A program made the position numbers and the translations under genes. This document shows, in pieces, positions 26,045 through 32,000 of a stretch of 32,000 bases of DNA (position 1 is the stretch's first letter; each line of letters begins with the position of its first letter). The notes beneath the pieces are model-generated. The model saw only the letters and a list, made by a program, of their open reading frames with translations. It was not told the origin of the DNA and did no database searches. The stretch is from Aliivibrio fischeri ES114 (lineage in GTDB: Bacteria; Pseudomonadota; Gammaproteobacteria; Enterobacterales; Vibrionaceae), in the NCBI RefSeq assembly GCF_000011805.1, contig NC_006840.2. The stretch is one strand, 5' to 3'.

Positions 26045-26629
26045 ATGAGTCATCTAGAAGAGCGCTTTTTTAACTTTGTAAAAAAACTGGGAAGATTTAA
26101 TAAACGTTCAATGTTTGGTGGTGTTGGATTGTTTAATGAAGATGCTATGTTCTCACTTGTTACTGACGGACGATTATATGTTCGTGGTGGTGGTGAAGTA
26201 GATGCTCGGTTTGAAGAGTTAGGTTGTGAGCGTTTCAAGCATGTTAAGAAGACGACAATTGCTACTGTAAATTATTTTGATGTTACTGAGTTATTTGAAA
26301 AGAAACCGGCTTCTCTTCTTTCTATTGTTCAAGAAGCTATGGAAAATTCTCGTTTAGAAAGAGAATTTAAAAAATCAAAAGAAAACCGCCGTTTACGTGA
26401 CTTACCAAATATGCAACTGACATTAGAAAGAATGGTCAAAAAAGCAGGAGTTCCTGATGTTGATTCATTTCTGGAAATTGGTGCTGTTGATGTATTTAAA
26501 AAAGTGAATCACACCTATGGTGGTGATGTGGATGTTAAGCTACTTTGGAAATTTGCTGGAGCGGAGTCAGGCGTTCATTGGACTTTATTACAAGAGCCTG
26601 CAAAGCAAGCATTATTGCAGCAAGTTTAA
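26045..26629 (+). CDS. tfoX: TfoX/Sxy-family competence regulator (tfoX rather than tfoY, judged by synteny and the absence of a GC-rich riboswitch-like leader)
   Basis: MSHLEERFF..RSMFGGVGLFNEDAMFSLVTDGRLYVRGGG...RRLRDLPNMQLTLERMVKKAGV..LLWKFAGA matches Sxy blocks (RSLFGSYSL, FAMVSDGELYLR, RLKDLPNM). SD AGGAG (26034-26038) lies 6 nt before the ATG. The in-frame upstream starts at 25982 and 26000 lack an SD. Confidence 0.8.
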   Translation: MSHLEERFFNFVKKLGRFNKRSMFGGVGLFNEDAMFSLVTDGRLYVRGGGEVDARFEELGCERFKHVKKTTIATVNYFDVTELFEKKPASLLSIVQEAMENSRLEREFKKSKENRRLRDLPNMQLTLERMVKKAGVPDVDSFLEIGAVDVFKKVNHTYGGDVDVKLLWKFAGAESGVHWTLLQEPAKQALLQQV

Positions 26630-26643
26630 ATTGTTTATTTCAT

Positions 26644-26698
26644 AAAAAAACCTCGTTATACCGAAACAAATAAAGTTAAGGGATAACGAGGTTTTTTT
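26644..26698. terminator. Bidirectional terminator between tfoX and the OMP gene
   Basis: 11-bp stem aacctcgttat (26649-26659) / ataacgaggtt (26683-26693), flanked by A7 and T7. Confidence 0.85.
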
Positions 26699-26720
26699 GT
26701 ATTTAAATATCTAATTTAAA

Positions 26721-27269
26721 TTAGTATTTAAAACGAGCTGTTAGCAGAAGCTGATCACCGTAGATACCATTGAAGCGACCTTCAGCACCAATAGAGAATA
26801 GCTCTGTTGAGTGGAAGCGACCGTATACTGAGAATAGAGTATCGTCGTTATCATCGATAGATAGGTAACCTACTTTACCACCAACTTCAAGTTGTGGACC
26901 TAACCATTGACGTACGCCAAGATTCAGTTCCATACCTGTGTCATTGTGGTATTTATGGTTGTCATCAACAACACGTAATAACATTTCACCTGTGATGTCA
27001 GCCCAGTTGTTTACTGGAGCGTGGAAACCAAGACCAGCAGCTAGGTCGTAATCGCCGTCTAGCTCTGAATCAATGCTTGCGATAGCGTGAGCATTTGGGT
27101 GAATTGATTTGCTGAAACCAGCACCGAATGTTGAAGGGCTAAAGCCAATGCGAGCTTCAACGTAATCGTAGCTGAAGTTGCTCATGATGGCATTGTTTGC
27201 GTCATCTGCAGCCATTGAAGTTGCAGAAATAAACATTAGGCTTGATGCTAAAAGTGTTTTACGGATCAT
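26721..27269 (-). CDS. Small outer-membrane beta-barrel protein (8-strand class)
   Basis: 182 aa. Signal MIRKTLLASSLMFISATSMA. Alternating hydrophobic beta pattern and a C-terminal aromatic end ..LLLTARFKY. Confidence 0.7.
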   Translation of the reverse strand: MIRKTLLASSLMFISATSMAADDANNAIMSNFSYDYVEARIGFSPSTFGAGFSKSIHPNAHAIASIDSELDGDYDLAAGLGFHAPVNNWADITGEMLLRVVDDNHKYHNDTGMELNLGVRQWLGPQLEVGGKVGYLSIDDNDDTLFSVYGRFHSTELFSIGAEGRFNGIYGDQLLLTARFKY

Positions 27270-27544
27270 GATATTTGAAACCTATCAAATTGAGTGCTGT
27301 AAACAAAAAATATGGCCTAGATACTAACAGAAATCGGTATTTTTGCTAGAAAGCAATATATAAATTTGAAGTAACAACAAATCGTCAAAAAATGAACATG
27401 TATATATATTTAATAAAATAAAGCAAAAATTAAGCCAAGCATAGTAAGTTTTGTTATATATGACGCAGTTATTTACTAATTAGAGTTGTGTTGGGCTTAT
27501 TGTGTTAGGTAAACTGATCGAAATAGATAACGTTGGATAACAAT

Positions 27545-28846
27545 ATGAACGAGTTAAAAAAATACGCGGCTATAGGTGGTGCAATCGCTCTTGTTGCTTG
27601 CTGGCCATTTGCAACAGGTAAGATTGGTGAAGCTATTTTTAAAGATGGGATTGCTTCTTATGATAATTCAGTTATCGCTATTGAAAATTTGTCTTATGAC
27701 CGTGGTTATTTAAGTTCTACTGCGCAAAGTCGAATTCATGTTGTTGATCCTGGTTTAAGTGCTGAGCTAGAACATGCTGGATATCCGACTGACATTATTG
27801 TGAATCATGAAATATCTCATGGTTTATTGTCGATCTCTTCGGTATCAACATTTGAAACTGAAGCCAATAAGTCTGATTTTATTAAAGGACTTAAGTTAAC
27901 TACTGAGAGTCAATTAACAGGCACAACTGATTTACTTCTTTCAAGTCAAGATGCTAACTTTGTGAATGACGATTTGCGTGCACAGGGTGTTGAAAAATTA
28001 TTTGTTGCCGCAAGTGAAGTGTCGGCAACGGTACAAAAAGATGGCCAATTCTCTTTAGTTTATAACCTTCCTAAAACGGAATTACGTTTAGATAACCAGT
28101 CAGAATTTATTGTTGATAACGTAAAGGGTCAAAGTGTTGGTCATTATGTAGGTGATATCTTCATTGGTGAAGCAAACATCGGCATGGATAAATTGCTATT
28201 AAATGACGTAGAAGGTCAAAATCACAATGAAGTGAAAGGCTTTAACTATACGAGCATTAACCAAATCAAAGAAGTAAAAGATAAACCAGAAGACAATGTA
28301 CTTACCTCTAGCAATAAACTAACGATAAATGAAGTCGTTACGGATAGTGGTACGTTAGAAAATGGTGTTTTTGATTTAAGTTTTGAAGAGCTAAACTATG
28401 ATGCATTAATTAAGTTAGTTCCTCTATTACAAGAACAAGAAATCACGCCAGAAAAAGTACAACAACTGATGCTGTCTTTTGATTTACTTGCCGCTAAAGG
28501 TTTTAAAGTAAATTTAAATGAATTCAGTGCAGATGTACTAGGCAGTAAAGTGAATAGCCAAATTCTACTTACTTTACCAGCAGGGACAGCACGAGCCTCT
28601 CAAAATGCGAATAAATTAGTTCAAACATTACAAGGCAGTTCTGAGTTAGTTATTGCGAAAAAATTGGTAGATGAAACGCCAGAACTTCGTATGCAAATGG
28701 ATGAATTACTAGTTAATGAATTTGCAACGGAAGAGGGCGATAATTATCGTTTATCTGCGAAGATTGCTAACGGTCAAATTGAGTTACCAAATGGTCAAAA
28801 AATGCCTCTATTTATGCTATTAGGCTTTTTAACTTATCTTCGTTAA
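27545..28846 (+). CDS. YdgA/DUF945-like membrane-anchored protein
   Basis: MNELKKYAAIGGAIALVACWPFATGK (N-terminal anchor, as in E. coli YdgA). C-terminal ..ANGQIELPNGQKMPL.. parallels YdgA ..ANGQITLNGQKMSL... ATG at 27545 preferred over the track's TTG at 27533. Confidence 0.7.
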   Translation: MNELKKYAAIGGAIALVACWPFATGKIGEAIFKDGIASYDNSVIAIENLSYDRGYLSSTAQSRIHVVDPGLSAELEHAGYPTDIIVNHEISHGLLSISSVSTFETEANKSDFIKGLKLTTESQLTGTTDLLLSSQDANFVNDDLRAQGVEKLFVAASEVSATVQKDGQFSLVYNLPKTELRLDNQSEFIVDNVKGQSVGHYVGDIFIGEANIGMDKLLLNDVEGQNHNEVKGFNYTSINQIKEVKDKPEDNVLTSSNKLTINEVVTDSGTLENGVFDLSFEELNYDALIKLVPLLQEQEITPEKVQQLMLSFDLLAAKGFKVNLNEFSADVLGSKVNSQILLTLPAGTARASQNANKLVQTLQGSSELVIAKKLVDETPELRMQMDELLVNEFATEEGDNYRLSAKIANGQIELPNGQKMPLFMLLGFLTYLR

Positions 28847-28865
28847 TTCATTTATATTTATACAA

Positions 28866-28893
28866 ATAGCTCACTTTGGTGGGCTATTTTTTT
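28866..28893 (+). terminator. Rho-independent terminator after the YdgA-like gene
   Basis: atagctcac / gtgggctat (one G-U pair), loop tttg, then T7. Confidence 0.8.
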
Positions 28894-29043
28894 AATTAAT
28901 ATTTTTAATTTGAATCTGTCATCGTTATAGATTTAGTGAAATAGATCACTTTCTGATTCCTTTATGAGATGAAAGGTGTTATTAATTTCGTAATCATTTT
29001 TTGTCAGATAGTGTTGTAAACATCAACAGGAGTTTTAAGAAAC

Positions 29044-30126
29044 ATGGAAAAAGTATTTAACTTTTGTGCTGGACCAGCAATGTTACCAGTAGACGTTCTC
29101 GCCCAAGCTCAAAAGGAATTGGTAAATTGGAACGGCTTAGGCACATCTGTGATGGAAATAAGTCACCGTAGTAAAGAGTTTATTAAAGTCGCTGAAGAAT
29201 CAGAGCAAGATTTGCGTGATTTATTGGCCATTCCAGACAACTATAAAGTATTGTTTTGCCAAGGTGGTGCCAGAGCTCAGTTTGCTGCTGTACCTTTAAA
29301 TTTATTGGGCGGTAATACTAAAGCTGATTATGTTGATGCAGGTTATTGGGCTCAAAGTGCGGTTGAAGAAGCGCAAAAATATTGTACTCCAAATGTCATT
29401 AATACCATTATTGATGTTGATGGTAAAAAAGCGGTTCAACCTGCTTCTGAGTGGGCATTAAGCGATGATGCTGTGTATGTTCATTTTTGTCCAAATGAAA
29501 CTATCGATGGAATAGAGATTAATGATTTACCAGTAACAGACAAACCGATTGTTGCTGATATGTCTTCAACTATCTTGTCTCGTAAAATCGATGTGTCGAA
29601 ATACGGTGTTATTTATGCCGGAGCACAGAAGAATATTGGTCCTGCGGGCTTAACGATTGTTATTGTACGTGATGATTTATTGGATTTAGCCTCTCAAACA
29701 CTGCCTAGTGTATTAAATTATGGCGTTTTGGCTGATAAAGAATCTATGTTCAATACGCCTCCAACATACGCTTGGTACCTTGCGGGATTAGTTTTCAAAT
29801 GGTTGAAATCTAATGGTGGTATTGATGCAATGGAAACACACAACCGTAAGAAAGCAGCGGTTCTGTACGATTACATTGATCAATCTGATTTTTACCGTAA
29901 CGATGTGCATTCTGATAACCGTTCATTAATGAACGTACCATTTCAACTGGCAAACCCAGAGCTTGATACGAAGTTTCTTGAATTAGCAGATGAAGCGGGT
30001 TTAAAAGCATTGAAAGGACACCGAGTTGTCGGTGGTATGCGTGCTTCAATTTATAATGCAATGCCATTAGAAGGTGTTGAAGCGCTTGTGCAATTTATGA
30101 AAGAGTTTGAAGAGAAGTACGTTTAG
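29044..30126 (+). CDS. serC: Phosphoserine aminotransferase
   Basis: 360 aa. [42 protein letters not shown] and [19 protein letters not shown] (PLP lysine). SD AGGAG lies upstream. Confidence 0.95.
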   Translation: MEKVFNFCAGPAMLPVDVLAQAQKELVNWNGLGTSVMEISHRSKEFIKVAEESEQDLRDLLAIPDNYKVLFCQGGARAQFAAVPLNLLGGNTKADYVDAGYWAQSAVEEAQKYCTPNVINTIIDVDGKKAVQPASEWALSDDAVYVHFCPNETIDGIEINDLPVTDKPIVADMSSTILSRKIDVSKYGVIYAGAQKNIGPAGLTIVIVRDDLLDLASQTLPSVLNYGVLADKESMFNTPPTYAWYLAGLVFKWLKSNGGIDAMETHNRKKAAVLYDYIDQSDFYRNDVHSDNRSLMNVPFQLANPELDTKFLELADEAGLKALKGHRVVGGMRASIYNAMPLEGVEALVQFMKEFEEKYV

Positions 30127-30150
30127 GTATTGCTCTTATTAACTGATACG

Positions 30151-30187
30151 AAAAAGCCGATATGATGATGCTCATATCGGCTTTTTT
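30151..30187. terminator. Bidirectional terminator between serC and cydC
   Basis: 10-bp stem gccgatatga / tcatatcggc, 6-nt loop, flanked by A5 and T6. Confidence 0.9.
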
Positions 30188-30215
30188 ATATTCTTAGGTT
30201 ATCTATCTAAGGTAA

Positions 30216-31937
30216 TTAAAAGCGTTGCCATAATTGGTGGTAAGCACCTTTAAGAGATAGGAGGCTATCATGTGTACCTTGCTCAACGATTTCACCGTGA
30301 TCCATCAAACAAATATGATCCATCTGTTCTAGGTTCACAAGACGGTGTGTAATAAACACAACGGTTTTATGTTCAATGTGTTTATTAAGTACCGACATGA
30401 TTTGTTGTTCGGTTTTTTGATCTAAACCTTCTGTTGGTTCATCCAATAGCACAATAGGTGCATCATGTAATAACGCTCGTGCAATTCCAATTCGGCGACG
30501 TTCACCACCAGAGAGTTGTCGGCCACCATCGCCTAACCAAGCATTCAGACCTTCGTCGGTTGTTAAATCTTCCAAACCAACTTGATTTAACGTTTCCGTC
30601 AGTTTTTCATCGCTTGCTGTATCATCGGCAAGCAGTAAGTTATCTCGCAGAGAGCCATTTAAAATATCCACTCGTTGGCTTACCACTGACATTGCACTAC
30701 GAAGATTCGCTTCTTTCCATTTAGGTAACTTCACACCATCAATAGCGATGTAGCCTGATTTAGGATCCCACTGACGAGTTAGCAACTGTAGTAAGGTTGA
30801 TTTACCAGAGCCAGTTTGACCTACAATGGCCATTTTTTGTCCTGCAAGTAGATCAAGTGAGATGGCATTAATTGCATTGGTATCGGCATCCATGTATTGG
30901 TAATCAACATTTGAGATGGTTAAATTACCTTTGATGGCTTGATCAACGCCGTTTTCATCAAAGACAGTATCAGGTTCTGCTGTGATGATTTCATTCAGGC
31001 GACGAGCCGAGCTTAGTGTTTGTCCTAGATATTGAAAGGCACCCGCTATTGGCATAAGCAGTTCAAAACTTGCCATTGTCGCAAATGCAACCATCGCAAC
31101 CATAGGGTCAGGCGTCATTCCTGCAATACCGTCGCCTGCAATCCACAACATTAATAGTAGCGTCCAGCCATTAGCTAGCAGTAATAGACCATTTGCTAAT
31201 CCTGTTAATGCTGCCATGCGGTGTTGGTTAGCTAATAGTGCAGTTTGTGCATCAAGAATGCGTTGACGGTATTGAGCTTCCGCACCAAAAATGCGTAATT
31301 CAGCATTACCTTGTAGCCAATCTAAGGTTTTGATCCTCAGTATTGCTTTATTTTGAGTTAGCTCTGAGCCATTGTGCTTACCTAACTTGTAGAATAGCGT
31401 TGGCCAGATTAGCAATAAAGAAAGTAAAATAGCACCAAGAGTTAGGCCGATAGTGATATCAAACCATGCAAGAAATGCAGTCAGTCCAATAATACCTAAA
31501 GTACCGACAATAATTGGGCTAACTAAACGTAAATATACATGGTCCATTGCATCAACATCAGCAACAAGACGGTTTAATAAATCCGCATCACGTAGCTTTG
31601 AGAAACGACCTGGGATAAGCGGTATTAGTTTCTTAAAGAAGAAAATACGTAATTCAGTTAGTAGTTTGAATGTGGCGTTGTGGCTAACAACACGTTCGCC
31701 CCATCGTCCAGCAGTACGGCCAATAGAGAAACCACGAACGGCACCGGCTGGAAGCATATAGTTGAATGTTTCTCTTGCAATGGTTAAACCTGCAATAGCT
31801 GAAGCTGAGATAAACCAGCCAGAAATTGTTAGCAAACCAATAGAAGCAAACAAAGTAGCAAAGCTGAGTAGCATACCAAGCGTTAAGCCGAACCAATGTT
31901 TTTTATAGAGTTTGATATAAGGAAGTAAATCACGCAT
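30216..31937 (-). CDS. cydC: Cysteine/glutathione ABC exporter permease/ATPase CydC
   Basis: From ATG 31937, MRDLLPYIKLYKKHWFGLTLG.. parallels E. coli CydC MRALLPYLALYKRHKW... Walker A GQTGSGKST, signature LSGGERRR, Walker B VLLDEPTEG. Confidence 0.9.
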   Translation of the reverse strand: MRDLLPYIKLYKKHWFGLTLGMLLSFATLFASIGLLTISGWFISASAIAGLTIARETFNYMLPAGAVRGFSIGRTAGRWGERVVSHNATFKLLTELRIFFFKKLIPLIPGRFSKLRDADLLNRLVADVDAMDHVYLRLVSPIIVGTLGIIGLTAFLAWFDITIGLTLGAILLSLLLIWPTLFYKLGKHNGSELTQNKAILRIKTLDWLQGNAELRIFGAEAQYRQRILDAQTALLANQHRMAALTGLANGLLLLANGWTLLLMLWIAGDGIAGMTPDPMVAMVAFATMASFELLMPIAGAFQYLGQTLSSARRLNEIITAEPDTVFDENGVDQAIKGNLTISNVDYQYMDADTNAINAISLDLLAGQKMAIVGQTGSGKSTLLQLLTRQWDPKSGYIAIDGVKLPKWKEANLRSAMSVVSQRVDILNGSLRDNLLLADDTASDEKLTETLNQVGLEDLTTDEGLNAWLGDGGRQLSGGERRRIGIARALLHDAPIVLLDEPTEGLDQKTEQQIMSVLNKHIEHKTVVFITHRLVNLEQMDHICLMDHGEIVEQGTHDSLLSLKGAYHQLWQRF

Positions 31938-32000
31938 CGAGATCACCTTGCACTGGTTGTTTTGCCGCTAGCATATTCGCAAATAGGCCAGAATCTTTTA
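31930..32000 (-). CDS. cydD: CydD, C-terminal 23 codons (gene enters from the right edge)
   Basis: Minus-strand frame reads KDSGLFANMLAAKQPVQGDLDA*. Its TGA (31932-31930) overlaps the cydC ATG by 8 nt (ATGCGTGA), the usual cydDC coupling. Confidence 0.75.
   Translation of the reverse strand, partial: KDSGLFANMLAAKQPVQGDLDA

Noticed and set aside
1-32000. Search for a mobile element, defence island, CRISPR array or tRNA/rRNA
   Set aside because: I saw no integrase, transposase or recombinase-like translation, no long terminal inverted repeats, no regularly spaced direct repeats, no cloverleaf-compatible segments, and no abrupt change in composition. The region looks like conserved core chromosome.

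Overview
This is an AT-rich window (about 38-40% GC by eye). Gene content and order look like core chromosome of a Vibrionaceae species, possibly Aliivibrio; that is inference from protein sequences and remembered Vibrio cholerae synteny, not a search result. I call 27 protein-coding genes plus one candidate small ORF. They are: a partial secD preceded by a VemP-like leader ORF; a LysR regulator divergent from an EmrAB-like efflux pair; rsuA; bcr plus a translationally coupled unknown gene; an SDR/DUF2867-type gene; a three-gene AttEFGH-like ABC operon; nhaA; fabV; ybjL; grxA; hexR; a PLP-dependent decarboxylase (panP-like); a periplasmic unknown; lysO; an HDOD protein; tfoX; a small OMP; a YdgA/DUF945-like protein; serC; cydC; and the 3' end of cydD. 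I saw no rRNA, tRNA, CRISPR array, IS element, integrase or phage genes, and no obvious compositional island. I also found no convincing novel multi-gene system. The signals most worth a second look are small or non-coding. (1) The 553-bp nhaA-fabV spacer holds an unlisted 47-codon minus-strand ORF with a GGAGGTG Shine-Dalgarno and a hairpin/T-tract, next to a decayed tandem copy. (2) A VemP-type arrest ORF sits upstream of secD. (3) A 25-nt block is repeated 24/25 in two unrelated untranslated regions. (4) An orphan extended -10 promoter lies just before the fabV/ybjL terminator. (5) Several operator-like dyads lie near grxA, hexR and fabV. All family names come from reading the translations; nothing was searched.
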